From assembly GCA_000320545.1 (NCBI GenBank), contig ADNK01002519.1:186001-250000 (forward strand): 64,000 nt of DNA. The letters are read 5' to 3'. The position numbers and the translations under genes were made by a program. Every line of letters begins with the position of its first letter. Positions within the stretch are counted from its first letter, which is position 1. The notes beneath the pieces were generated by a model. It did not search any database. It worked only from the letters and a program-made list of their open reading frames with translations, and was not told the origin of the DNA. Shown one piece after another: positions 35,294 through 47,838 of this stretch. The DNA comes from Bigelowiella natans CCMP2755 (Eukaryota > Protista > Cercozoa).

Positions 35294-36283
35294 ACTACCT
35301 TGCTCATCAGGGTCTTGAAGAGTCTGGAGATAAACTTCAAGAGATGGTAGTAACGAGCCTGTTTGACGTTCTTTTTTGCGTCGCTCGACTGGTGTCTCGG
35401 TGATCCACTGTGCTGATTCGAAAGCTAACAATCCGTATAATATCATAACCGACTCGCGCACGTGCGCTACAGGATGCCTCAAGCCCTCATGCATGAATTG
35501 TATGACATCACTCCACGCCTCAGGTCGAATAATGACCTCCTCCGAGGGGGGCGCCAACTTCATGTCGTTTGCGTTTTTTGTTTGGCTTTCGAGCTCCTCC
35601 CCTTGCTTCTGAGCGAGTCTCACCAGTCTTTGTGTTACAACTGCAACCGCAGCGAGATGTGCTCGTCGAACCAGCGGATGCTCTTCGTTCACAACAGAAG
35701 AGAGTAGCGTTTTTTTTATGATCTGAATCGGCGCAGTGGGTCCCAGCCCACGCTGAACAAACCTCTCCCAGTGCGTTGATATCACTTTTCGCAGGAGTAT
35801 CGAAGCCAACTGGCGAACTCGGTAATTCGTACTTCGAACGATCGAATGTAAAATCAACTCGAACGACCCAGATCTGCGGATCTCACTTCTCAAGAGCAAT
35901 TCGGCTTCCTTGATCTTCTCAGTGGATGTGCCCATGTTGAGCTGGTCGCATGCTGCCTCGAAAACCCTGAGTCTGGCTTCGAAATCTGAAGGAGGGTTAC
36001 CACTGCCAGCAGCATTACCTTGAGGCATATACAGTTGTTGTTTACGGCCATTCATCTCCGTATCGAGGACACTCGTTGCGCAGAGACCACCGCGCAACCG
36101 ACGAAGGAACACTACTGACGGGCCTCCACGAACCTCTTCACCGCTGATGGTGCTCACAGCTCCATTGCTTCCTGCTACTCTATTTCGAAAATAACGAGGT
36201 CGATTTTTGAAGAGGATAAATGAGGAAGGCGTCAACAAGGTCAAGACCGCCATTGCCACGGCGACGGCCGAGCCGGCAGCCAT
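32267..36283 (-). CDS. Importin-4/Kap123-like karyopherin-beta (HEAT repeats) with N-terminal bipartite leader; one 201-nt intron (35098-35298)
   Basis: IBN_N motif IKEAE...VRQLASILLRKVISTHW, HEAT repeats and an acidic loop (DLAFEEDEQDD). The first ATG is 36283; the ORF-track start at 36331 is TTG. The microsatellite-containing segment is bounded by phase-1 GT/AG. Confidence 0.85.
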
Positions 36284-37131
36284 CGTCCTGGTGATTTTCG
36301 CTCTTCGCCTCGGAGAACAGAAAACAGGCAAAAAAACCGGAATATTAATGAAATTTGGAATTCTTATCTTGTTCTTCGCATTTCAGCGACCAACTGGGAA
36401 TCGATCGAATACCTGTCCAAATTTGTCCGAAATATCGCCGAGATTCCACACCGATTAAATGCCTGCCGTTTTAAGCTTGCGCGGTCCTGAAAGTGTTCAA
36501 AACCTGGGGCCAAACATTTCCCCGAATTTCTCAACTTGCTCTTGTTCTTGACTTGCACCAGCGACTAGGATGGAAACCCAGTCGCACTGTGAGAATATCC
36601 TCATTTCCATTGACGTATGCAAGTCGAGTTCGAGTTCAAGGAAAGTGTTGTTGGAGAAAGACAATTAATTTAGGTTGTCGTCCTTGATAATAGCCATACA
36701 TTTAAGAACCTACGACCGATATCTTTCGGAATTTGGCGCCCTTCTCTTGTGCAATGCAAATGCTAACCGGTAAGCGAACACGACGAATACCCCGTGCGCG
36801 CCCCCCCTCCTTGAAACTAGATACCGCCCGCAGATTTGTCGCATTCGCGCTCATATTGTTCGATAAAATCGATGAATTTTGTCGTTGTAGATGTGGTGGT
36901 GTCGTATTCTTGATAGCTATCCGCGTTTGCGGGAGCGTCGAACTAAACTGAATGCGTGTGATATGTGCGACTGCAACGCCTCTGGATTTAGACCTTCCGA
37001 CAGATGTATACCAACCTGTATACTTACAATGTGGATGCTGTTGTTCTTTTAGAGGCGTGGTGATGGAACCGGGCAAGCAGTCATCACTCTGAACCAATTT
37101 CCTTCCAAGAAACCCACAAACTGCGCCCATC

Positions 37132-37590
37132 ATGGCAAAGAGTGGGAGGCCACATAGCATCCATCCTCGATGCGTCTGTCCGACAGACGATGATCCATAC
37201 TTGCATCCACACGCTCTTCCGTTCATGGAACGCTTAGGCCCTGCTTTAATTATGACGGTGCCCCCAATGCTATCCCTCTTCGTTGGCTGGATGCTTAATA
37301 GCATGAATAGTGCGTGCTGCGAAGGAGAGATGTCTGGAGTCATACTGAAGATGCTTAGCTCAGGTGATCATTCAAATGCCAAACGGGACAGCAGAATGTT
37401 CATTATGACCCCCCCATATGTTGAATGCGATAATTCTTTCACAGGCCTCTTGTTGGGAGTAGTATGCACGGAATTAGTGCCGTCTATGGTGCTCGAGCTT
37501 CACGTACGCAATTATTCATCATTAGCTCATAGATGTCGTCATAGCCTTCGTTTTTTACTGTAAATCGCCTGCTGTCCCTATCATATATCG

Positions 37591-37625
<35 letters not shown>

Positions 37626-38181
37626 ACATATCAGGAGGATCCTCCATACTATCTGTTTGCCCCCCTCCTGGGACTCCTAGCAAGTATCATCATCGTTCGA
37701 CTTGTAGATTTGCTCGGCGATGAAGACCACCCAAAGCACAAAGTAAGGATACAAAATCGGAGTTTATGTGAAGTATTGCACGTGATTTCAGCTCGAGGGG
37801 ATTATTAATTTGAAACTTTTTTGCAGCTTTCGCTACACTGGGTGGAAGATAACAAGTCCTCTCCCAGGTCACGCCCTGCGAGCATCGCCCAACCCCTCAA
37901 TAACCATGCAGGTGGTTCATACTTTCATCCATTTCCCTGCAAGTTTTGATAAACAAATACGATGATATTGGTTGTAGCCCGCAAATCGTACGGGAACGTC
38001 GATGAGGAGCAACATAGCCATGCGAATAATGGGGGCGACTCGATGTATAAACCTGTCACGAGAAACGACAAAGCAGGTGGCTGAAAAGAATCAGTATTCC
38101 ATGGAATCTATGCATATTGTGTGTGTGTGTGTGTGTGTGTGTTATAGTAGCGGAATGGGTCTTTCAATTCAATGCGGAGAA

Positions 38182-38218
<37 letters not shown>

Positions 38219-39311
38219 GTAATGCTGCTGCTTTTCCAGCAGGAACAAGTGAAATCAGCGAATTGATATGTTGGCAAGACCTTGGTCCAGCGTTGAAACT
38301 TCTCGTGAACTGCCTTTTAGATGGGCTCGTCCTTGGCACCAGGTTGTGCTAACAGCTATACACCCAACGATTCGTCAATAGCACTTGCTGTACAATCTTG
38401 CCCGAATAATAACATTTTTGAGATGATGTTTGACAAAATGAGTAAACTCCTTGAGATACAAATCTGTATCCTTGACGAGAAAAATCCAGTCTCTGATCGC
38501 TTAAAACGGGCCGAAATTGCTCGCTAAATCACCTCCATCGTCGGCGGCTCAGTCACGTAACATACATCATTGTTTTTTTAACAGTCTAGTGGAGAACTTC
38601 GACTCTACAGGATGGTCTCTCTCAGGTTAATGCTAAGAATCACTTAAATATTGATTCTGTCTTTAGGCTACTACTATTACTACTACTATGTGGTCTTCGT
38701 AGACACACCACAAACAATGTTTAGTTCCTATCAGAAAGTCTTGCCCCCCACTTATTCTTCTCTTTCCTGCTCTTTCTCCTCCCCCCACTAAACACCCCAT
38801 TATTACAGCGGCGGTGACCCTCGAGACGCTAGTCCTTGGGATGTCATTCAGTGCGGGAGCAACACAAAGCACCATCTGGCAGAAGTTCGGGTGGTGAAGC
38901 ACATTACTATGGAAGATGAAAGCATAGACCGCATAGAGAAATGATATGTGTAGGAAGCATGGTCGCCGTCGGTGGTGCTGTTTTGAGTTATGTCGCACAT
39001 CATCTCAGTCTGAACACGATCATAGCGAGCGGATTTCCCATTGGAGTTATTTTAGGACTCATTGCAACCAAGGTGATGATGGATGATGATGATGATGATG
39101 ATGGATGATGATGATGAGAGAAGGAAGGTGAATAGAGAGAGAGAAAGGACAGCGTATCTGGGCTATCTATTGATATCGTCATATATGCATGAAATCTCGG
39201 TAGTATCCTGTGCGTTGTTTTCCAATGATTTGCTTCTGTAAAATTTCACGTATTCGTCCGTACCTCCATCGGTTTTTCCAAAAATGGATTTACATGATAA
39301 TTGCATATCAA

Positions 39312-39348
<37 letters not shown>

Positions 39349-39762
39349 CTCACAGGAATTCCAGTTCAACACGTTCTTTTTCTTATCTGTTCTGGGCTTC
39401 ACAACTGGCCTCTTGCTGGTACCAACGTGGATGGCTAAGGAGAAGAATATGAAGCAAAAAAACAAACACAGAGAGAGGAAAGGGAGAGTGTGTATTTACA
39501 TGTTGAAAGTATGCTAATCTGTTTATGCTAATATTGACAGGATATAGTACTGGAAGACCTTATGAGAGAGGTGTATTTAACTGAACAAGAGTCAGGAAGT
39601 AAATCATGTCGGACTTCAAAGCTAAGAAAATTGGTAGTAGGGATAAATAGTACAAGTATTTTCGTATTTGTCACGTTACAATAGCCCTTAGAGTATATCG
39701 TTTAAGATGTATCCAGTATTATATAAGTACGGAAATACGTACAAACACACTTTGCTCAACTT

Positions 39763-39803
<41 letters not shown>

Positions 39804-39922
39804 AACATATTGGCAAGCGACTTCCTAATTTACATTGTATTTAGTCAAGTGGCCTGTTACGTACACTGGCATTTTACATCGGGTTTATGTGGTGCCTTGT
39901 GAGCGAAACGCAGCTGGACTGA
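37132..39922 (+). CDS. ZIP-family (Zrt/Irt-like) metal transporter, multi-exon
   Basis: Exons LKMLSS|GLLLGVVCTELVPSM, His-containing loop, LLVNCLLDGLVLGT, AVTLETLVLGMSFS, IIASGFPIGVILGLI, VLGFTTGLLL|DIVLEDLMRE and LAFYIGFMWCLVSETQLD*. Confidence 0.75.
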
Positions 39923-40199
39923 AGGCTGTAGATTTGATTTGTATAATGACATTCGAGCTTAGATAACCTGCTCAGATAATAACTATGACAAGAAAACTAG
40001 CACTAGAGTTCGTAGCCCCATTTGTAATATAAATAATCTTATAAATGTAGCCAGAATCTTTTCGATGGTGATGACTGTGCACAGATATCTTCGCGTTGTC
40101 GAAGGCCTTTGAAATAAATATGCGACTTAGTGCGATACACACCACTGTCTTTCCATCGATTCTTGTTCTTAAGGACTGATACATGTAAATATCGTACAA

Positions 40200-40440
40200 A
40201 CAAGCTCATTCACACATAGCTTTAATAGCTGCGCGCATCTTGCTCGCACAGCAGCGGCGAATGTACGTACATGTGCCATGTATTAAAGTACATAGTGCAT
40301 CGCTTAGAGCCTCTTGCTGGCATGTTAGCTCCTAAACATATCATTGCTTAGGTCTATCTAGCAGCAAGCTGACGTCGCACGCGCGCTGTTGTATGTGTAG
40401 ACGGTGCGTGCTCAGTCGCTGAAGCTATTGTAAGTAAGCG
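40200..40440. terminator. Palindrome/RY-rich tract between convergent gene 3' ends
   Basis: GCGCGCA, TGTACGTACA, GCACGCGCGC and AGCT words between the ZIP stop and the 40662 stop. Confidence 0.33.
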
Positions 40441-40661
40441 ATACATTTATAGTTAGTTAATAACTGTCCAACAGCACTTTCTTATTTGGTATCATACATA
40501 TTCTATATTCCCTTTGACCATTCATTCTTTCTTATTCTTAAATTAAATTAATCTGTACAAAACTGATTTCAGGCTCGGGTGAGCTTTGCATGCTAAATCG
40601 CGAGAATCAACGTAATTTAGTTGCCTGCTGTAGATTAGAGGTGTATGCATCTTTTTTAGTT

Positions 40662-41225
40662 TCAGGTCATCCCAGGAGGTATCTGGGACGCCTTACTCTC
40701 ATCCTCGTCTTGAAGAGTATCCATTTGCATATCGAATTGGAGCTGCTCAGCGATATCATCGCAAACCCCTACGTGTCTTTGCGTGTACTCTGTACGACCT
40801 TCGGTCGATACAGATGCCGACGACGATCCACCTTGCTCTCGAAGAAAGGAAAATATTGTCGGCGATAAAGAAGCTGACTTTATTTCCTCGTCCAAGTATT
40901 GAGAAGTCTTAGACTTGAGAGAGGAAGATGCTGATGATGTGCTAGGAATGTATCTCCCCTTGAAGCTAGGGCACGAAAATGCCGATGAATAACTGGATAA
41001 GCAGCGTGTGGGGGCCTTATCAATTTTCAGAGTACCCTCTAAAGGATCGAAAACTGGGGGTGAAGCAGGAAGTAGAAGGCTTGGGGGTTGCTGTGCAGGT
41101 TCCGAAGGCCTTTGGGCGGGGGGACGAGGAGGCAGTCGCACATTTTGAGCGGGATATGAATGAGCTAATCGCTGTACATTTCTTCTTCCGCTTGGATTGA
41201 TTTGTATGGCTCGTGACTTCGGCAT
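40662..41225 (-). CDS. Hypothetical 187-aa Pro/Ser-rich intronless protein
   Basis: Open frame from ATG 41225 (MPKSRAIQINP...) to stop 40662. Low-complexity, disordered composition; no family recognised. Confidence 0.45.
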   Translation of the reverse strand: MPKSRAIQINPSGRRNVQRLAHSYPAQNVRLPPRPPAQRPSEPAQQPPSLLLPASPPVFDPLEGTLKIDKAPTRCLSSYSSAFSCPSFKGRYIPSTSSASSSLKSKTSQYLDEEIKSASLSPTIFSFLREQGGSSSASVSTEGRTEYTQRHVGVCDDIAEQLQFDMQMDTLQDEDESKASQIPPGMT

Positions 41226-41342
41226 CACCAGTGTCTCTAAAGAAGGATAGAAAAATGTATTTGTCAGAGCAAAAAAACACGAGAAATCGTCGATTCTCTC
41301 TGGATCAGTCAAGCAAGTATCCTCTCAGCCTTAGCCACCAGG

Positions 41343-43694
41343 ATGGTCAAAATTTTATATTTGCAACGGACATCATTTATCTCGTTGGCACCTGTGGCTC
41401 TTATTGTCCCCCTCCACTGTGCAATTGGCGGCAAGGCAACTAGGGTTTGCTTTTTGGTATACCGGGCAGAACATACCCTGTCCGCTTACCCGTTTTCGCT
41501 ATAATCGAATTCTTTACGCCGTTTTTGGAATAAAATGGCCTGTGTTATATATCTTTTCCGGAGGTAGTTGTAGTTTTGCAGCTGCATGCAGACATACAAA
41601 CCCTAGTTTTCTTCCCAAACAGTTCCGGGAAGGATCAGTGCCGGTAATGTAAATAAAAGGTAACAAATGTGGCTGTATCCGTATAAACGACATCATTTTT
41701 AGTCGAATCTAAACGCAATTGTCGTTCTGACCTTCTTCAACTACAAAATATGTGTGATTTAGGTCTGCGTCATGAAATAATTGCTGTCTCTCATCTGTCT
41801 TTCTCCATGAAATACCAAAAGTCGAGGACGTGTACCTCGATTTTCTACTTGCGTCAACGTATAAATACGAGATGTACTGACTATTCATGGGCATTTTGCA
41901 TACCCCTTACAGAAGGAGTCCTTCTTATATCTGAAACATAAAATTCAGACGGCTCGGGATGGCCGCCTCGAGGGCAGTCCCTCCTAAAGGTACCTATCGA
42001 TTCCATAAACCTCGCATTTAATGACTTTCTCCTTGCGAATCCAATACCGATTCAAGAATGATTTTACTGATGTCCCGTTTGATCCCACACTGGTGGATAC
42101 CATGTGTATTATACTCTAGTACTTCATCTGGGTTGTGTGCCCTCCGACTATGCACGCAACACAATGTCGTCATGCAAATATTTTGAGGCGTATTGTCTTC
42201 ACGCCAAAGCGGAATTTCTGTGCATTATAAGAGAAAAATATATTCGGGTTCATGTGACATTTATTTCAGACCCGCTCCCAGGCGCTCCTACTTTTCTGGA
42301 TATTCTTGTTGCCCTTCTTATGCTTGGCGTCATAGCTTACACTTCGAACGCTTTCGCGGAATTTATCTCACGTCCAAACCCAGCCAGAAATCTATTTTCC
42401 ATAGTCAGAATATTCGAAAAATTGCATAAAAAGCTACAGAATTCTGCCAATCTTCGTCTCCAAGAGCAAGCATCCATTTTCGCTCACACATATCGGACAC
42501 TTTTTCCATCTTCATTTCATACCATAAGATGACCCATAAGGGTTACTTTTTGGTACAAGATCGGAGACCTTCAAATGAAACATTTAGGCGAGTGTTATTG
42601 TTATACATGTTCCAGGTTACCATGATGCTCCTTCTTCAAATCTTCTCAAGTTATTCCAAACGGGACAAAGTGTTCTGGGTAGTATTAGATGAATTTCTCT
42701 CTTCTCTCCTGTCCTTCTATGACACGAGTCTATATCCTTTCAGCTACTTGTAGCTGTGACGACGCCCCTGTGCACAATTTTTGCGTTTTGCTTATCCGGT
42801 ATACTTTCACTGAGGATATTCGTCTGGCTCACAGGTACTGCTACACAGTAGATCAGGTTTTCGATAGATCGGGGTCTTATATTATGTAATTTATCATCAA
42901 TATTATGTAATTTATCATCAGGATTTCTGGGCGTCCTTTTCTGCGGACTAGTTGCATACTTGTCGGCATTTGTACGTGATACACCTTGTTGAAAGCTTAA
43001 GCTTCATTCCGTTCATTTTGCTTTTGTGATCACCAGGTTGGGGAGACAAAGCATTTTTGGATGCAGGTTATACTTAATGTTTTTCATTTGTTATTTATGT
43101 TCAACCGGTTCTTCCCGCTCAAATATCTCTTTCTATCTGATCAGCAAGCTCTAATACTAGTGGGCATTGTGACCCCAATGCTAACAGCGCTACTTTGGCT
43201 GGTACGTTACATTTGTTGTAGTGATTGATGGAGGTGGTAGTGGTTGTGAAGCCCATTTCTCCGCATTTAGATGCGTTAATTTTATATATAATGATTTATA
43301 TAAAGGTTTCAAGAACATCGAACGTGTACAGGTCAGCTAATCGTTCTTGTGGTACTGTAGGGACATATTCCGAAGCGAAAAATGATATTAGATGTGTACT
43401 GTGTTTCAGGATTGGCTTTGTTCTTTCTCTTTGCACAAGCAGCATTAACATACTGTTCAATAAAGTACGGTCCCTTGCTCCTTACCCCAAAATGAAAATC
43501 ACGATTAATCAAGATGCTCTTCTGATGTCAAACATGTGCAGACGTCTGGATCAGCCGTTTTTGGTCTCCCGGAGAATGTTCTTCAAACAGAAAAGACCTA
43601 GCTAGTTCGTGTCAGGACGAAGATGTGCAAAAGCACCTGCCAACAATCGGGCAATAATGCCCATAAGCTCCGCAGAAGCATAGTTAACTTCTGA
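41343..43694 (+). CDS. Hypothetical multi-pass membrane protein with signal-peptide-like start and many short introns
   Basis: ATG 41343 MVKILYLQRTSFISLAPVALIVPLHCAIGG. AG/GT-bounded hydrophobic exons read PTFLDILVALLMLGVIAY, GFLGVLFCGLVAYLSAF, QALILVGIVTPMLTALLWL and IGFVLSLCTSSINILF. The full model was not resolved. Confidence 0.45.
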
Positions 43695-43699
43695 GTCGC

Positions 43700-43821
43700 G
43701 TATCGCATAGTGCCATAAGTATAAAGTGTGCATGCACTTATTCTAAAAGCCCACAGCGCCTTCTTACTAATTCGAGCTCTTGAGTAAATCGTCATACAGC
43801 ATGAACAGAGTGTATCCATGG

Positions 43822-43856
<35 letters not shown>

Positions 43857-44330
43857 GTATATTCAACCCGCCGCGTATGTGCACAGCCTTCGTATTATTT
43901 GATCAACAAAAAAAATTCAATTGTGCATCATGCGATCTTAAACGCTAGCCGTGATCAGGCAGGGTGCGGCGCTGCTACATCCTCCTACGTGATGTACGCA
44001 CATGTATAGCTGCATTAGTAACTGCCAAAGTAACGACCAAAAGCTGCATATATGCGTTGTCACTTCGGCGGCGCGTTTATTAGCCACGATTTAGTGAAGT
44101 CATGAACTTATTACTATTTAATTTGTTAACAAACACTCATGTAAGAAGCACACGTTTCTAAAAGCTTTTACATGCGTAGGTCAGCCTAAAGGCCGCAAGT
44201 GCCCCAGATGTGAACTTTGCTATATGTTGCAGGGTATGCATGGCATATACAGCGCATGCAAGCACAGCAGGGCCCCGTCTCCTTACGTGGTTGTCTTCTA
44301 TATAGCTGTGCACAATAGATAAAATTCGTT
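43700..44330. terminator. Palindrome/RY-rich tract between convergent gene 3' ends
   Basis: GTGCATGCAC, TGTGCACA, TGCATATATGC and GCGCATGCAAGC words. Confidence 0.33.
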
Positions 44331-44397
44331 GTGCTTCAACATTGCAGTGAAATTATTCAGACTGAGAATCCAACTTCAAATGCCGTCGTCATTGCGA

Positions 44398-45496
44398 TTA
44401 CTGTGCATGATGTTTAGTTACTTGCTGGACTTGTGTCATCAAACTGCGTCTTGTTCCTGCTCGGCACTCTTGAGGTGTTTTCGGAAAACAAGATGCTTCA
44501 CATCCGAATGCGATCGCAGTTAGCACTGACAAGGGAAAGTACCAAATTCAAACACATCATTACTACCCACTTCATCATTGCTATTAATATCATCACCTGC
44601 ACCGAGTATGACCGTGGTAGAAATCCAAATGCAACACGAAGAGAACGATACGCGTGATGTGACCTCGCTGCCGAGGAAGGGGCCTACACGATTGTAGATT
44701 ATGGCGGTATCTAGAAACACGTAGCAAGGAATTTACCTAGAGCAAAGCCAACGCTAACGAAGAATTGAGAAACCCCAGCTACTGTTGCAGACACGTCCTC
44801 ATCCGTCACCCCTGGTCACCAACATGACGATATTTAGCTAGATCATTCAAGAGTATGAGGAGAAACGATGGAATAGAAGAGAAAATGAAGGATAGCGGAT
44901 GATGAAGAAAGAAAATCCATGAAAGTTTTTTTTGAATTTCTTCCTTTGAGTGTGATATGTGGACAAATTTACGTGGCTGAGAGGAAATATATTCAAGCTT
45001 TAACTCATTAGTCATCATTGTAATCGCAACTACCACCGCCGCCACCAAAAGGCCTTCACCGTGAAAACAATAATCTAAAGATACGACGTAGGATGGTGAC
45101 CTCGGAGAGTGACAGTCAACGCTAGCACAACTGGGAGGTACGTGAAGGCTTGCCCTACCCCCAAAAGAGCGAGGGCTCCAAGCTTTTCGGATACGCAACA
45201 AAGAGAACAGAAAATAGATCATGAAGAAGAAGAAGAAGATGGAGAAACAAAGCTTGCCACTTGTCAGTCATTATTATTATCATTATTATGTGACACGACT
45301 ATGTCCAATCGGTGCTATCACTGTAAATGTTACCTCAAAGGGAATGTAATTTGATGCAAGGAGAATCAGTGCTGCTGCAAGTAGTCCCATACCAAAGTAC
45401 ATAGCTCCAAGATTCCAGCAATCGCTAGCGTGATGCCTACGGATGTATTACGAATAGATAGTTTTTAGCATTTTTAATTTTACTATTTTTTGTTTG

Positions 45497-45538
<42 letters not shown>

Positions 45539-47385
45539 GTGTGTGTTTGTGTGGTCATGTTAAAATGTGTACATTGTTGCCTTTAACTTATCCTTTCAAA
45601 AGGAATAAAGTGCTATTATTTTGGGTGATTGGTCAATCCTTTTCGCCTCTCTAATGGTTGAGGATGGCTTTACCTTTTGGCAAGAATGCCAACAACGGCG
45701 GTGGCCAAAATATAGCAAAAAGACATGACCGCAAAAAACCCTCCTGATGTACGTGATTGGTAAGTTTCGATGATGATAATTGATGATGAGGACGATGATT
45801 GATGATGATGATGGTGATGATGATTGGATGTGATACGACATGCTCTCATATGAAAATACCTGTCGCCATTTGACCAAGATTATTTGCATCTCGCAGACGT
45901 TTCTCAAGAATAGGGTCAATAAAAGTCCATGCTACTCCAGCAACCTGTGTCGTAGTACAAGCTACTAAATAATGCTGCCTAGAATCTATAGTACAGGGAT
46001 GATGCATGTTGTGATTCACAAACAGCTATTATCAAGCTCTCTATTCTTCTTGCCAAGTATTTTCCGCTTACCAGGAGGTCAAAACATAGAAGAGACAAAA
46101 ATGGACTTCTGAGAAAAACAGATGTAAATCCAACGACCGACGAGCTTCCTTCTCTGGCCTCCTGATTGGGATCACTCTTCTCTCTCAATGCTGCTTCTTT
46201 TGGGGGAGGTGTTGATGGTAGAAAGGCCATCCCTGAATATGAACAAGAAAACTCAGTTTTCTTCGAAAGAAAGTTGTTACTGATTTGTGGGGGAAAACCG
46301 CTGATCATGAGGAGGCTGAGCCCTATGAAAGTCGTCTTGTAACCACCGATCGTGAATAGATAGCTGCAAGAGATGTATCATTGCATAAGCTAGATTATCA
46401 TGAGAGCGGCTAAAATGTTCTTACACCTTCCAAGCATTGGACCAATACATAGTCCCACAGAGCCCTTTGATTCATATATTCATGTGCAGTTCTCAGTATT
46501 TCTCCGATAATGATGATAGGACATTTTGACAAAATGTTAGGCGTTATTGAGCTTATAGGAGAGTACTGCGGTTTCGAAGACTGAAAGATTTTGTCCTAAG
46601 TGTTCTAGATTCGATGACTACACACAAAACAATGTATCAAGACTGCGAATACAGATTTCATCCATCACATGAGAAATAAATAAGTGATTTCACCTGCATG
46701 ATGCATGTGTTGCCGCCAATCATTATCCCACAGGAAGATAGCCCCGAGAGGCCCCGGAGAATCAGCGCGCTGGCCACGAATGTAGCTGTGTGGTGTCGGC
46801 AATAGAATGTAAACGCCATCATACCTAAAAGCCATAATCATAGTCAACAGAGCCAGCAATATTCACATAAAGTTTCTTGAATTCTCTGCTTTACCGTTTG
46901 TGATCAGAAGGCAAACGAGGCACCCGCGCACGAGGGTAACAGCCCCTATCCGTGGCGTCAAAGTCACAGCTGCAGGAGTTGATATGATCATGAGCGTTTG
47001 ATATGCCGAAAAGATCAATCCAATCGAGAGATCGGACACGCCAAACTCGGCAACCTGAATGCAAAGTAATATTGGTTTCAATTACGGTGCTACATCCAGA
47101 AACAAAAATTACCTGTGAGGGAAAGAACGAGGAAGGCAGCGTTTGAACCATTCCAGAGAGACACCAAGCCCAGCATATAGCGACTACGTGTCCATTTGGC
47201 ATGCTTTTCTTCCCGTTTACTTCATCTCCTCCTGTTCACGTCGTCAGCCCTTCAATTCATAATCAACACAGCATAAGGGATTTATGATAGCATGTACCAG
47301 CGTTGTCGTCCAGTGCATGATAGTTCGTATTCCCTTCTTCATCGTCCCATTGATCTTGGCTTCTGATCGCACCTTTGTCCACCAT
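44398..47385 (-). CDS. Major facilitator superfamily transporter (SLC18B1/vesicular-amine-transporter-like), multi-exon
   Basis: Exons LSGMVQTLPSSFFPSQ|VAEFGVSDLSIGLIFSAYQ..TPRIG, GSVGLCIGPMLG|SYLFTIGGYKTTF, SATVAGV..SVGFAL|GPFLGSEV. The 3' end is approximate. Confidence 0.78.
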
Positions 47386-47838
47386 TATTCGGTCGTTCTC
47401 CTAGTACTCAGAGGGGTCCTCGTGGGAGGACGAGTTACTCTGGTTCGTAGGCTATTTACACCTACGACATTCATATATTTGTTGTCGCATAAAATAACGC
47501 AGGTGTTTTTAATATTTTCGACATTGCTATTTTGGTAAAAATATTTAGATGTTTTCAGGGCTATGGAGAACCCAGAAATGCGCACGTATCGATATTTACT
47601 CTACGAATAAGAGTATTCAGGGAGGGCAAATCTTCCGAAATTTCTCATCAGAGTGCGAATCCATGTAGGATTTCATTGCGACATGGAAATATTGATGTCG
47701 TAGGGAAAGATTGTATTAATACGAAGATTCTGGCTCATAAATTTAACTCTGAAGATTCTCTGAACGCTGTGAGCACACATCGATTCTCTCTGACGGCTTT
47801 AACTAAAGATTACTTTGGGTTATGGTGAGCCTACCTTG

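Noticed and set aside
42879-42920. 21-bp direct repeat ATATTATGTAATTTATCATCA x2 as a target-site duplication
   Set aside because: The copies are adjacent with nothing inserted between them; it is a simple slippage duplication at an intron 3' end.
41300-43000. Alternative minus-strand gene model with 20-30-nt micro-introns
   Set aside because: Splice phases could not be kept consistent and hit stops; the plus strand gives coherent hydrophobic exons and a signal-like start.
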